Of a DNA stretch of 48,870 nt, positions 24,482 to 38,279 are shown piece after piece. The DNA comes from Octopus bimaculoides. Taxonomy: Eukaryota. The stretch spans positions 125,940,104 to 125,988,973 of the forward strand of contig NC_068983.1 in NCBI RefSeq assembly GCF_001194135.2, given 5' to 3'. Numbering within the stretch: the stretch's first letter is position 1; every line of letters begins with the position of its first letter. Below the pieces are notes generated by a model that saw only the letters and a program-made list of their open reading frames with translations, did no database searches and was not told the DNA's origin. The position numbers and the translations under genes were made by a program.

Positions 24482-24482
24482 C
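24426..24482. repeat. (ATT)n inside the R4/Dong ORF
   Basis: Directly visible; it interrupts the post-RT coding remnant. Confidence 0.95.
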
Positions 24483-24872
24483 ATTATGTACAGGAAAGAT
24501 TTGAGAACTCGCATTATGCTCCAATTGAAGCTAAATGGCCGATATAAGATTAGAGCAATTCACATGTGCGCAGTTGCTTTGATGTGATATGAGGCAAGAA
24601 TAGTATCTTGGAAGACGCATAAATTACAAGAGATAATCCGGAGAACATGCAAATTAATGACATTGAATAAGGAACTACACCCCAAGACTAATGGGACAAT
24701 TGTATGTAAAGAGGAAAGAAGGAAGACGGAGATTGTGTGTTGTGAACGTTGAGCTAGAGGAGAAAAGCTTGGCTTGATATGTCAAGGAGAGTAAAGAAGA
24801 AATGATTGAAGCAGTGAAAAGTCAGGGAACCTTAAAAGTGAACGAAGCTGTAGATCCAACACAATTTAAGAA

Positions 24873-24877
<5 letters not shown>

Positions 24878-24962
<85 letters not shown>

Positions 24963-24963
24963 G
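24878..24963. repeat. (AG)n inside the R4/Dong ORF
   Basis: Directly visible; reads FKKDQ-(RE)n-QMKEIW. Confidence 0.95.
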
Positions 24964-25254
24964 CAGATGAAGGAAATTTGGCATGACATGAAAATGCACA
25001 GCAATTCTTTGAAGAATAAAGATGAGTGATTGGAATATAACCTGGTAATGTCTGCAGAAAGGAGACTTAAAAGGGTCCACTAAGGCATTACAGTGCAGTA
25101 CTCACTCAGAACACACTACTCCAAATATCACATTGATAAATGCTCTGACTCACCCTCACGATGGTGTAGGATGTGCTCTGAGAAGAGAGAAAGTATAATC
25201 CATATCGTTAGTGAGTGCTGTACGCTCGCAGAATGCGAATGCAAAAGGGGAAAC

Positions 25255-25720
25255 GAAAATACTTTATGGTGGCTTGTAGAAGGGAGACGCGAACGGGGTA
25301 AAACTAAAAAGTGGTTTAATGACTAACATGAAGTCATTTGGAATGAATCAAAGGGCCATACAAACCCTTGCTTCGGATCGAGCTGGAGTCGAACAATAGT
25401 GTAGTGTGGAGTGAAAGCGCTTGAGGAGGCTAGACTAACATATTCAGAACTCAAGAGAGATTTATAGAACAATTTTGCGATCTAGAAGGTGAATCTGAGT
25501 GATGTTTTGTGTGCCCAGGTTTTTACAGATCATGCCTTTCTTTTCATAGACTCAAATCTCATTTGAGAACACATGAAAAACGAACCTTCTCCAACTATTC
25601 TGCCTATATATGTGTGCACACCTTTCAACGCCACGTATGCCATAAGGTGTGCAATTCTAACGGAGGGCTCCAAATACCCAAATACATTTTAAGATATACA
25701 AAGATAAGATCTTAGTTGCA
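25255..25720 (+). mobile_element. RTE-clade LINE 3' fragment with C-terminal C2H2-like remnants
   Basis: LVEGRRERGKTKKWFND and TLASDR (RTE C-terminal G.R.RGRP..W.D...A.DR), then CPGFYRSCLSFHRLKSHLRTH and HVCHKVCNSNGGLQ. Confidence 0.65.
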
Positions 25721-25875
25721 GCTCTTGATAGTCTAAATTGGATATGCATTCTACGTTGGTGTCTTTGCAGTACATTCTCTGGTTTAAAAAAACCCCCACA
25801 TCAGACGCCACGATGAATCTAAGGTGTAGTTACAGGAGGTGGTCATACTCTGCATAGAGTGAAGACAACCGCCAC

Positions 25876-25926
<51 letters not shown>

Positions 25927-26490
25927 GCGTGTATCTGTGTGTATGTGTATATGTATGTATATATGTGTGTTTGTATATATATATATATATATATATTATA
26001 AGGTTTTTAACTTTTAAATTTTCATATTCAAAAGAGAATCTAACGAGATTCTAAGGATTTAATGATCGTTATGTATGTGTTTTTTCGTGTTTTGTTCGGT
26101 TGGTAACCACTCCTGAAGAAGTGTCAAATNNNNNNNNNNNNNNNNNNNNNNNNNNNNNNNNNNNNNNNNNNNNNNNNNNNNNNNNNNNNNNNNNNNNNNN
26201 NNNNNNNNNNNNNNNNNNNNNNNNNNNNNNNNNNNNNNNNNNNNNNNNNNNNNNNNNNNNNNNNNNNNNNNNNNNNNNNNNNNNNNNNNNNNNNNNNNNN
26301 NNNNNNNNNNNNNNNNNNNNNNNNNNNNNNNNNNNNNNNNNNNNNNNNNNNNNNNNNNNNNNNNNNNNNNNNNNNNNNNNNNNNNNNNNNNNNNNNNNNN
26401 NNNNNNNNNNNNNNNNNNNNNNNNNNNNNNNNNNNNNNNNNNNNNNNNNNNNNNNNNNNNNNNNNNNNNNNNNNNNNNNNNNNNNNNNNN

Positions 26491-26546
<56 letters not shown>

Positions 26547-29270
26547 TATATACCCATACATTCATGCATAGAATCATGCACGCACATCTACAAACCTGTG
26601 TTTGTATGTGTAATGGGAAATCAGATATTGTTTGCTGGATAGATTGAAAAATGTTTGTGCATATGTGTGTGCATCTTTTTGTGTATATGTAAATTTATTT
26701 ACAAAAGCTTATGCCAATTTACTATTTGTATTATTGATGTAAACATAATGATACGTGTCTGTTCATGACTAGAAAACAAATATTTATGCAAGTGTTTATA
26801 AATAGGCTCTTGCGTTCATCCGTCGTGTATTACTCTGTTTTAGATTTTTCGTTTATCTTCCTTTTTGTTATTTTATCTGGAAATTTCCGAGTACACCTGC
26901 AGCTATGTAGGAGCTTTTCTTGTGTGAAAACCAAAATATAGCGAAATTTTGCGCTCTTTTTACATGTTTACTCGCAGTGATTAAGCAATTTCAATAAGAC
27001 GACAACAAAAAAAAATGAAAAACGAGCATAACTTATATGCATGAGTCTGTGAATACTTCTTCATAAGTAGACAGTAAATTTTTTTTTGTACTGTTATTTT
27101 TCTGAACTCCCGAATTAACTATGTGCGCTTTACTTATATTATTATATATCATCAACCTATATACGTTGACTTTGGCTAATGCTATGTTAGTCTAAATGAC
27201 GATTCTCTGCTATTTGTCTTGATATTTTCGTAGTTCACTCGTTTAAGAAACCTGGCGAATACTGCTGACGTTAAGAAAAAAAAAATACTTATTGTAATTT
27301 TATTACGTGATTCCAATGAATGTGGTATACAATGGAAGTAACATAACTGTAGGAAATGTACCAAAACAGAATGTTTTGTCTCGAGATGGAATTTTTTCTA
27401 AGATCAATAGACATATTGATTACAGTTTCATAGCTCCAGGCATAAATGCATATGCGAGTTTACTAGATAATGACTTAATACTATGGTATTTCAGTGAAAG
27501 GGAGTTAATGTTAAGGCAAAATAATGCAGATTTAGATTATACTAAACCAATTCTTTGTTTGTACGCAAGGCGTTACTCCTTTACAGGGGCTGTATATTTT
27601 GCTTGTTATCAAACATAGTTATAAAAAAGTCTTTATTGTATTGATGGTATAATGTATATTTGAGAGTACTAGTTTAACAGTCTACGCGTGAGACCTGAAT
27701 GTTTACATCAGCTTAAGGAATCGCATTGAAAATAAACATATGTTCCGTCATATATAACAGTAAACTATTGAAAAATTACTACAGTAAACTATATCGAAAC
27801 ATTAAATGCTATACCCATAAAAAAAATACATAGAAGTATAACAAACTCTTATTCTACCACGAACGGAACTGTAATAGTGAGAGACAAATACTACCTTATC
27901 ATAGGTAGGTAAATAAATCACCATCGAATAAAATTTTAAATATTTTGACTATTTAAATTTGAAATATTTTAATAATGCATAGCCAATGATGCATATGTGT
28001 AAATGAGTAACTGAGAATATAAATGCAATGTACAGGCAAAACACTCTCCTAGGTTTGGTTGGTCGTCTATTTTAACACGACTTCTTAAATCTGAGTGTGA
28101 TTAGTTAGAGCTTATGGTCTTTCATTTTATTATAACATTTAATGCGCCTTTCCCTGTACCATCACTGTCCCCACATTCTGGAGGCCTTCCATGCTGTTAT
28201 TGAGGATAGTAGACTGACAATTTCGCTTCGTTTCCAACATTCTAAACATTGTGTGTCTTTTGTGCATTCCTTTCTATTAAGAACATTTGTTATAGGTTTT
28301 CGTTGGGGTTCTTCCTCTCTTCTTTCACTCCCTGAAACCTGCAACATATTATGAGCAATTTCCAGTTGTCGTGAGACAAAGATAAGACACGCATAGACTC
28401 AGCAGTATCAGCACAAAACATCTCAAATTAAAAGGCTTATGATAATAAAAAAATAAAAAAATAAAAAAAGAACAAGAAATTTGATGATAGTGGGTGTTAC
28501 AAATAGTAGACTTATCGAGTAAATATCATGTACTACTAAGCTTCACCCATTAAAATTCGCATTTCGTATCATATCTAGATAATTTTGGATACTTACTCCG
28601 GACCACGAACCAGAAATATTATTGCAATATACTTGAAGTCATTTTGCTAAGGATAGGAACATTTATTTCTTTAAACTGCAAGTGTGAGCCCAAATTTATA
28701 CAGAATTTATTTTCAAGTGGTTGTGCAGTAATGTTTGACATTTCCTTGTAGTTTTCATGTTTTAATATAATAAGTATCAGATATTTACTAGGTATGATAA
28801 TTAAATTACATTCCATACATATGCATACTATGATACTGCCTAAGAAAGAAATGATTGTATATTTCTCATATAGATATTAATATTCAGGCAGCATTTTACT
28901 GGTTTCACAAAATCGACGGAAACTTTAAAATGTTTTGGAAATTGCAACAGGAGTTGCTTGAGAGATACTGCTTCCAAAGTTGTCAAACTCAGGCAAAGTT
29001 CTTAAAATGAAAACTTATGAATGACGGATCTGTCTCTTCGAAGATATATGAGTAATAGAGGAAGAAACTTAATTCTCATCGAATGGATCAACGTGCAGCC
29101 GAATTAATTAGTTCTTGTATAATTTTATGCAATGATTCAATAGAGGCTTCTATGTAAAGTTTGACATAATCTTAGTATGTATGTGTGTCTCTTCTCTCTC
29201 TCTCTCCATCCCTCAATGTATACATACACACACATACTCACACACACTTACACAAACACACGCACGCACA

Positions 29271-29310
<40 letters not shown>

Positions 29311-32169
29311 TCTGTGTGTGTGTGTATGTATTCATGTATGTATGTGCGTGTGCCTGTGTGCGTTTGTGGAAATCCATGTCATCCTCTCAATATTTCTCTA
29401 GATCAAATTTTCACAATTTCATTTGTGATAGATTTGTTTCCTATCCATATTTGTCTGAAGCATTACAATACTCGTCATTATATTACTGGGAAACGTATTA
29501 GCACGAAACATAAAACCTGTTTTACTATTTTTCAACACAATAGCTAAATTTGGCAATCATTAATCAAATGCAAGAGATTAATTTCTGCGTAAGTTTATTA
29601 ATTATTACATCTGAAATATAAGACGTGCAAGGTGAAGGAATATTTGTCGAGAATTCGAAAGCTGAGTTGGATGCATAATTAATGTCATAAATTTACTCTA
29701 ATTATTTGATTTATGCATTATTTTAATTTTTATAAATTATGACCATGTGAACACTTTAAAGCAGCGTTCCTGTCGGTAGTGTTACACTGAGCTATAATTT
29801 CTGCCTAAAAACCTAAGGTAACAATATTCTGTAGTCGACGCTAGTGTTTTTCTTATTCAGGCACTAGCCCCAAGAAAGAGCATGAGTGCCACGTTCACTT
29901 TTCCTTAAAACTGATAGTTTGGCAAATATTAAAAAAAGAACACACTCTAAGAGGTAATTGCAAAACATATTACTTAATAATTAAATATGTCTGGCAGTAG
30001 TCTTGAATACATTAAAATAAAAACTATCTGCCATTATTTTGTAAGAGCATATTTAACATTTTGTTAGATTTTTTTGTGTTTATTAACAGAAGTATACTGA
30101 GTGTATAATGCACACGGAGTATATCATTTTGTTATTCAACAGCAGATAACTATTTCCCGAACGAATTATTGTAATTGCTATCCTTGATTTTGAATATAAA
30201 GGTGTTAATAAATTCTAGTTGAGATAATAGTGGCTGCTGTATATTAAACATTCGCCAGAGAGAATTACCAGTAGAATATAAAATTCAAATTTCAAGCCTA
30301 TAAATTTAGATTATGTCATATTAGAGATAATATTAAAGTCGATTTTTTAAAACTATACCGAATTATAAAAGTAGGTTTGTGTAGGATAGTACAGAACAGT
30401 ATAGAGTGTACCACGAAACAAATTAGATAGATTGTTAATACAGGAGATCAGTTTGATCAAACAGTCGCTCACTTTAATGTTGAAAATAGTGGTTGGAGCT
30501 GAATACATGTGAGATGCACGATGACGAAAATGTGTGTACTAGTATTGAGGCTAAAGTTTCCTGTGCTCTGCCACAGTAATATATATCATTGGAAATATTA
30601 CTGTCACATTATTATTTCACGTAACACCTAATCGTTCGCATGTTTTCTACATATTTCGCTCTTATTTATTACTTTCCATTCTTTCCCAAGCACTGTTTTT
30701 ATATAATTTTTATATTTTTATATTAACACCACTGCAACAAAGCAATTCTTTTACAATACGCGCAGGATAAATTAGCTTTGATAACATAAATTATAAACAT
30801 AGTTTTAGCTGTTGATGTTGTTTACGCCAAACCAGCCGTTTTGCAGCAGACTTACTTTCAGATACCTCACCATCGTGCCTTTTGTTTTTCACAGATAGTT
30901 CGATATCAAGTACCACAGTATATTTAAGTTAGTGGCATAATATTTGAGAGATTTCCATTAGCAAAGCCAGCCAGCACAAAATCTCAAGTGTTATATGTTG
31001 TTTAATATATGATAATGTCAGGAAAATAAATAATTTAACTATTTGAGCTTTTGATATTAGGTATATTTTGTTTGTGCTGATAATTCAAACTGTCACGACA
31101 TTATCGGCGAAATTATCACAATGGTTTTTTTGTATTATCAATTACTTTACTAAATTCACATATTGACTGAGAGCTTGTTAGGTCATCAACTTCAATGACT
31201 TAGAAATAGATGATAGTTAAGCAAACCTTTAGCACTGACTTCTCATAGAATAATTGGTAAATTTGTGTTTTTTTTCTTTTCATGGTGTATGTTAGAAGTC
31301 TTGCCTTTTTATAAGACCTTTGAGAATTAATAGGAGACGGCAGAATACACATATAGACGGTAGGAATGACCCTAATATGTGCAACAATATTTCCTACAAT
31401 CCACTCTTCTATTGCAGTAGGTGTTGGTAAAGTGGATTTCGAAACATATTTATCACTCAAGAACTCATGATTAGGATTGCAGCTGGATGTTCCGACAGTT
31501 CAAATAACCAAAAGCTATAAAATAGCACATTTTATTTGAGACCAAAATGGTGGAAGGCAATGTTGACAAGAGCAGGTTTTAATGTCGAAAATATAGGGAA
31601 TGTAGAAAGCATTCAGTTCAACTCTCTAACAATTTGCCAATCGACTAAATGTCTACTGAAATTGTAGAAAAACAATCCGATTTGCCGTAGAGCACAAACC
31701 TGAAATCAAAACATTTACGAACATAAATGTACACAACTACAACAGCAATATCTAGAAGAGTATGAACAAAAAATAGAAGCATTCACTAAATGACCTACGT
31801 TGATATATAATTACGTTCAATAAGTATTTATTGAGAAGTTCAATTAAATTCTTTCTATGAAGCAACATATTTATTGTGTGTATGTATGAATATATGTATG
31901 CACAAACATTATACATATATGTATACTTACATATANNNNNNNNNNAAACTATATATATTTTATATATACTTTATCTATAAGGCTCAATTTAATTTTTTAT
32001 AAATTGATTTTAATTGAGTTTTTTACCTGTAATTTTGGATTTTGTCCCTAATAATATTATTATATGTATATATATATATTTGTATATATGTATGTATCTA
32101 TGTGTGCGTACATATTCGTATATGTGTTCCTATATATATATATATGTTTGTATGTATGTATGTATGCGC

Positions 32170-32985
32170 TTATGTCAGGTCGCTCTAGAGTGCTAGTGTT
32201 AACATGTAACCCAATAAAACCTCTGCATGGTCGGCGACTAAACTGGCAACAACACCAGGCGTGTTTGGTGAGGAGGGTCTGTTGGACACCCTGCGGTACA
32301 AAAATAAGACCTATCAAAGGGCGGAGGAACTCCATGAACAGTCAACGACCATCCAACAAATTTTGTCTTAAGTATAATATGACATTAGTATTGATGCATT
32401 GGCTTCGATTCAGTCCTCCTTGGAAAGTCGATCCGTTCAAAAAGCTCACGACGTAGAATCATATATTGATGATTTCATGTTCCACATATCGTCAGGGGAT
32501 GAGCAACCTAAGTTTTGGAACTGTTTTTCAGCATATTCTTGAAATTTTGTTCTCATCGCTGGATCTTGGGTGTTTTTCTGTGTTGATCTTATGTTTCTTT
32601 GGTTTTTCGGCTCTTGGTGTTTTCTTTGTGACCATCTTTAACTTGGCTATAACCAACAGATGATCTGTGTTGCAATCTGCACTGTAGAAGGATCTTGTTT
32701 GCATCACAGTGTTGACATCATTCTTTCTCACGATTACGAAGTTAATCTGATCTTGGATAGCACCAAGAACCTTTGCCATTGTAGAAGGTGTTTGCAATGC
32801 ACAAGTTGTTATTTGTACAGAATACTAAGCGTCTCTGGCCATTCTCCTTGATTTTCCCCAGTCCAAACTGTCCAAGGCAGTTGGGCCATGTTTGGTGATC
32901 AGCGCCTACACTTGCATTGAAATCGCCCGTGAGAAAGAGTTCGTCTGCCCATGGGACCCTGTTGATCACATCCTGAAGTCAACTA
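32170..32985 (-). mobile_element. RTE (BovB-like) LINE fragment: AP endonuclease C-terminal half and linker
   Basis: LFLTGDFNASVGADHQTWPNCLGQFGLGKIKENGQRRLVFC..LCIANTF, WCYPRS, and TRSFYSADCNTDHLLV (the APE xDH motif). Confidence 0.9.
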
Positions 32986-33254
32986 AGGACACTTTTGTGC
33001 GTAACAAAGCATGAAGAACAAATCAACAATACAAAGAAATCAAATGTCAATCACTTTAACAGTAGCAGAGTTACCATCTCACTACATCTAGACATTCAAT
33101 GAATCTGCCAACGGCTCTTCAGTAACAACATACCTGATAAACTCATAACTTCAGGCCACGACAGACATATATATTTTCCATTTTCGTAATCTCCGACATC
33201 AAAAACGTAGGAATCCGAAAACATATTTTCAAAATATGCATTTTTCAAGAAGGA

Positions 33255-33330
33255 CGAAACTGCATTAGCTCCACACCCAAGTTAAAATCGACCTCAGTGG
33301 AATTTGAACTCAGAACATAAAGACAGACGA
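33255..33330 (-). mobile_element. Partial SINE of the 12186 family
   Basis: AATCGACCTCAGTGGAATTTGAACTCAGAACATAAAGACAGACGAA. Confidence 0.7.
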
Positions 33331-34693
33331 ATATAAATTAACATATTGAGAGCTAATTATTGTTTGATAGACGTCTATAAATAAGATTAGAAACGCATGC
33401 GCCAATTTTCGTATTTTGAAAAGGTCAAATCCGATTAAATCAGTAACAGAACAGAAATTGGTGCTATATTTTGTCGATTTCATATTTTTTTTACGTTATT
33501 TGATATAAACGTATTTCTTACGAAACTGTATGTTGTCTAGTCATCGACATTTTGAAAATCATTCTTGAATTAAGCTTACCTATTTTATATATTCATCTAT
33601 TTAAAAAAAATACTCATTATTTGGACCAATAAGTAATTTGATAACCCAGGCAACATTTTATTTGCGCTGTAAATGTTTTCACCAGTATTACACAACAAAA
33701 TAAGACTACATTCATTTTAAATATAATCTTCGGTCTTTTGAAAGGTCAACATTTCTTCTTTTTCTGAGAAAATTTTATGAAGAATTTTACGTAACATAAT
33801 TATGTGAAATGTTCAAACGTCAAGTCATGTGTAAAATAAATGAAATCAAAAGTCAATAGAATTTATCATGTGTTTATTCAAATAATTGTCACATATTTCT
33901 TATTTTGTATGTTTTTGTAAATATTAATAAAATGGCTCAAATGAATGAAGAAGCAATTTCTTCAAATTTTATTTTGAGAGCTACAAAATAACTGGAATTC
34001 TACAGAGACGCATGCGTTTCAGAATTCCACTGAGATGCCTTGCAATGAATTTCGTAGTTTTCTGTAGTGTGTCATAACAGAGACAGGGTAAACGCAACAT
34101 AGGTGAATCTGAAGAATCAGTTTAAGAAGGTCTTTAAAAACTATAACTTTTGTCAGTTGTCAACTCTTTTGTATTGCAGAAATTTATCTATGATTCTTAG
34201 ATTTATTCAATTTATACTAGACAGTGCCCGGTGAGTTAACACTTATTGCTGCTCACCACCACTACCACCCCTACAACAATAATTTTAATAATAACAATAA
34301 CTATAGTTTTTTAATAGGATCTAACATAGCTGATATGGAAATTTATGAAATTTTTAAAAGAATCTGCGGCAAGTTGGGTCTAACTATCCATAGCTAAAAT
34401 ATCTACGGTTATCAACATCTTAGTTTTAAGAAGCTATATATTATTCTATCTATAAACACTTCATCGTATTTAAGATGTACTGTCTATAAACATAACCATC
34501 GCAAAATTTTAGTAAACATATAAAGTATAAGAAAAGCTTACTCATTTTTGGGGGGAGCTGTTAAGTGACCAAGGCATCATATGAATAATTTCTGTAGCAA
34601 TGAGAACCCATTGAAAGAAGGGGGAGAGAAGGGAGACTAAGTGGGCGGCATGTAAGTTTGCCAAAAAAGAAAAAAATTCTATAGATAAATTCG

Positions 34694-34840
34694 CCCAGTG
34701 TTTCAGAGGTACTTAATTTATCAATCACGATAGGATAACAAAGTCGACCTCGGCGGAATTTGAACTCAGGACGAGAAGAAAAGCGAAATGCTGCTTAGCA
34801 TTTCGCCGGGGTGGTAACGATTCTACCAGCTCGCTGCCTT
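34694..34840 (-). mobile_element. SINE of the 12186 family (head and core)
   Basis: The reverse complement gives GGCAGCGAGCTGGTAGAATCGTTACC...GAGTTCAAATTCCGCCGAGGTCGACTTTG...GATAAATTAAGTACC. Confidence 0.85.
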
Positions 34841-34877
34841 GTTGATTATAATCATAATAATAATAGTAATGATAAAG

Positions 34878-35225
34878 AAGAGCACTCAGACAGCGCAAAC
34901 CTCTACCAAGGCAACACCAATCTCCTCTCAACTATTCAACAGAGATGATTTTTAAAACGAGGATATCTGAAATAAACTCGACTGTTGTCACAAACGAGAA
35001 TACTAAAAATGAACCCTACCGCTCTCAAAAATTAACTAAAAAAACGGGGAAAATAATATACTTGTCCAGTACTGGATCGATCCCAAAATCCAATCCGTGC
35101 GTGCCAATCACAAGGCCAAACATCCCTGGAAGTTTCATCCTAATCCATCCAGTGGTTCTTGAGATATCTTGTCTACGGACAAACAAAAGTGACTGAAAGC
35201 AATACCTCAGCCTTCGGAGGCAGTA
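34878..35225 (+). mobile_element. Non-autonomous element with HINE/DINE-1-like (Helentron-associated) architecture
   Basis: Subterminal motif ACCTCTACC near the 5' end resembles 3' ACCTCAGCC, followed by the stem-loop GCCT-TCGG-AGGC. A short GACAAACAAA tract and AAT-rich flanks are present. Classification is by architecture only. Confidence 0.45.
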
Positions 35226-35354
35226 ATAATAATGATACTACTACTACTGCTGTTGCTGCACTACTACTACTATTATTACTACTACTAATAATAATGATAA
35301 TAATAATAATGATAGTAAGAAGAAGAAGAAGAAGAAGAAAGAGGAGTAAACGAG

Positions 35355-37119
35355 AATCTTAATAATGCTTCCAATGTTTCCATTAAGAACATTATTTTTA
35401 CACTTCAACATGTTTGGAATAGCTGAGAATATGCGTGCACTAATCAAAAACAGCATGAGAGCTGGAAAACGCATCTTTTCTGTAAGAACAAACACTTAAC
35501 CGAGATAACTGCCAAAAGCGAAATCTTCCAGAAATATTCTTGTTCACATTTGCCATTTGTTATAGGCGTGATCCCACCTTCTGTAGTTCTACGCAAATTC
35601 AACTCGTATAATGAGCTGAGGAAGAATGAATATGTTCTGAACCACCTTCACTTGATGGATGATTTAAAACTGTCTGCAAAAACAGAACCTGGAGTGGAGA
35701 GGCTGGTTGAGACTGCACAGGTGTGCAGCAAGGATATTAGAATGAAATTCGAAACCTCAAAGTCTGTTGTGTTCACTTCTAAACAGCGAAACGAGTAGAC
35801 TGTCGGGACAGAGAACTGCCGAGCGAAGAGCGGATGGGAGACCCGAATGATGGTGAAACTTTGGAATCCCGGTGCTGGACAATATCTTTTACTGGAAAAT
35901 GAAATACAAGTTTACCGCTGTATATTTGAAGCGACTCAACCTTCTCTTCAAGTCAAAACTCAGGTCAAGGAAAATTGCGGCAGTCCGCTATAGTGCACCC
36001 ATTCTGAAATAGACACGAGCAGAGATTGACCAGCTCGATTGCATTACTCGAGAGACGAGGAAAATGCGTGATGCCCTCCTGGCTAAAGCAAACGTACGCA
36101 GGCTTTACATGAAGACGTGGCCTGATTAGCGCACGGGAGTGCATCGGAAGTAAAACAAGAAAATTGAAGACGTATTTGGTAAACTGCACACAATACCTAC
36201 TACCGTATGATTCTAATGCAGATGGATTTACTAAGAATGAAGTCGACAGTGCTCACGAATTCATATCACGAAGACCCAACGAGATAAAACAAACACTAAT
36301 CTGCATGAATTACACTGTGAGTTCCACCGCGAAAACTAATTAACTAAAAGACCTGGAAAAAAATGAAGACTGAAAGTTTGGTCATCGCTGCCCAGGACAA
36401 GGCATGGAATATCAACTCAAGGGAAAAGGGATATATACAACACACAAGGGCAAGTACTTCTGCAGAATGTGTGGGAAGAACGTCGAAAGCCTCACTCGCA
36501 TTGTTAACACGTGTGAAAACCTTGCGCAGGAATAGTATAAGCGCTGACACAACAGGTTGTTCAAAAGCTTCTCTGGCTATTGTGCCCTAAGTGTGGATAC
36601 GACGGAACAGGTGCTTTGTTTAATATAAACCTGTAAAGGTAATGGACAAGAACAGGAAGGCAAAAATCCTCTGACACCTCGATTTCCAGATATACAATAT
36701 GTTAAACCACCGAAGGTCGGATATAGCGGCCTTTAGGAGGAACAAGCATGAGTGCCAAATAATCGACGTAACAGAGGCAGGACTTCCAAATATTGTCATG
36801 CAAGAAAGAATAAAGGTCGACAAATATGGAGACCTGAAAATTGAGATCCCCAAGAAGTGGCAGCGCCTAGAGACAAACATAAAGTTTGTTCTTCTTGTTA
36901 TGGGAACATTTGGGTTGAATACCAGCCAACATGAAGAAACATTTGGTTACTTCACAAATACACTACAATCTTGGTGTCTTTCAAAAATTGGCTTTACTTG
37001 TAACTCCACGTAAACTGCGTAAATTACTGTCTGTCTGAGCTTTTGCTGTGACTACAGAGTCAGCACAATTAACCGGTACACACATCTTCAATTTACATCA
37101 CAACACTGAACGCTCTACG
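35355..37119 (+). mobile_element. 5'-truncated R4/Dong-type element (RT C-terminal half, CCHC remnant, RLE, 3' end)
   Basis: LNHLHLMDDLKLSAK (YMDD), SKDIRMKFETSK, KTESLVIAAQDKA, and RLE HRRSDI..IIDV..ERIKVDKYGDLKIEI. Ends in (TAA)n at 37120; preceded by (AAT)n(AAG)n. Confidence 0.85.
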
Positions 37120-37183
37120 TAATAATAATAATAATAATAATAAGAAGAAGAAGAACATTAGTAATAATAATAACAATAATAAT

Positions 37184-37820
37184 AATGACAGATACAGAGG
37201 ACCGGTGGCTATGGATGCGGAGGTGTGACCTGAAAAAAGAAACAGAAGCAATCATATGCGCAGCTCAGGAACACCCGTTAAGGACCAATTATATGAAGTG
37301 CAGAATTGACAACACCACCGATACTGACAAATGCAGAATGTGTAGTGAGAGGGGTGAAACGCTATGGCACATCGTTAGCGCATGCCCGAGATTGGCACAA
37401 CGTGAATACAAAAGACGCCATGACAATGTGGCAAGAAGAGCTCTGTGGAAATCACGACCGATAAAGACGAAAGATGTTGTATGAAAAAAAGAAAACAACA
37501 CAAGGTGTCACCGAATATGAGAACTACAAAATCCTGTGTGATGTAATGACCCAGTGCGATCACCTGACAAGACTGTATGGAAAGCGAGAGGGTAATGTAA
37601 AAGTAATACCAGTGGTGATCCGAGCGTTGGGCTTAATCTTATTGAAAACTTCAAAACTTCTTAAGGCAACTTGAAATCCTATGCGAGATTGATGTCCTTC
37701 AAAAAGCAGCCTTATTGGTCACAGCGCACATCTTAAGGAAAGTATTATCTGTCTGAGATCCTTGTGACTTCACAAATGACTAAAGACTCCAGTGCAGTTT
37801 TACCTACACCGTGTTACGAA
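37184..37820 (+). mobile_element. R4/Dong-type 3' fragment from a different subfamily, RLE core deleted
   Basis: DLKKETEAIICAAQEHPLRTNY, intact CRMCSERGETLWHIVSACPRLAQREYKRRHDNVA, VIPVVIRALG and LQKAALLVTAHILRKVLSV*. (AAT)n lies on both sides. Confidence 0.88.
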
Positions 37821-38279
37821 AGAATAATATTACAAATAATAATAATAATAATAATAATTTTATTATGTCTAGCGAATCATAATGCCAATATTATTAACAC
37901 ACATGCTTGTTCAAAATTGCTTCTGTATTATTAGTCAATTGGTTACATTTCCAACTAATTGATATACACCAGATACAAAAACGAAGTACAATAAATGATG
38001 ATGATGATAATAATAATAATACAAATAATAATAATAATAATAATGATGATGATGATGATGGTGATAATGCTAATTGGCAAGTTTAAAGAAAGAGATTCAA
38101 GACAACGGTATCATACCGAATACGGAAAAGTTTGTACGGTTTTGAGTGAGATATGATATTGACCAGTGGTGCATAATAATGAAGTTAATTGGATGGGAAA
38201 AATTGAAGAGAAAATGGCAGATGTAAATCAGACAAGAAAACAGCACAATATCATACAGAAACAAATAAGATAAATGAGA

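Larger units (their letters stand above)
21345..25255 (+). mobile_element. Near full-length degenerate R4/Dong-clade non-LTR retrotransposon
   Basis: Myb-like N-terminus MECYLL..GYRMRRGW..DQAETIRKN. RT: [74 protein letters not shown] knuckle CRMCSEKRESIIHIVSEC. The RLE nuclease and 3' end are missing and replaced by RTE sequence. Confidence 0.9.

Noticed and set aside
26113-26129. CTGAAGA hammerhead-like heptamer next to a gap
   Set aside because: The rest of the motif would lie inside the N run, and a 7-mer alone is not evidence.
34210-34660. Possible non-autonomous Helitron (starts TATACTAG...GCCCGG)
   Set aside because: No 3' hairpin or CTRR end could be identified.
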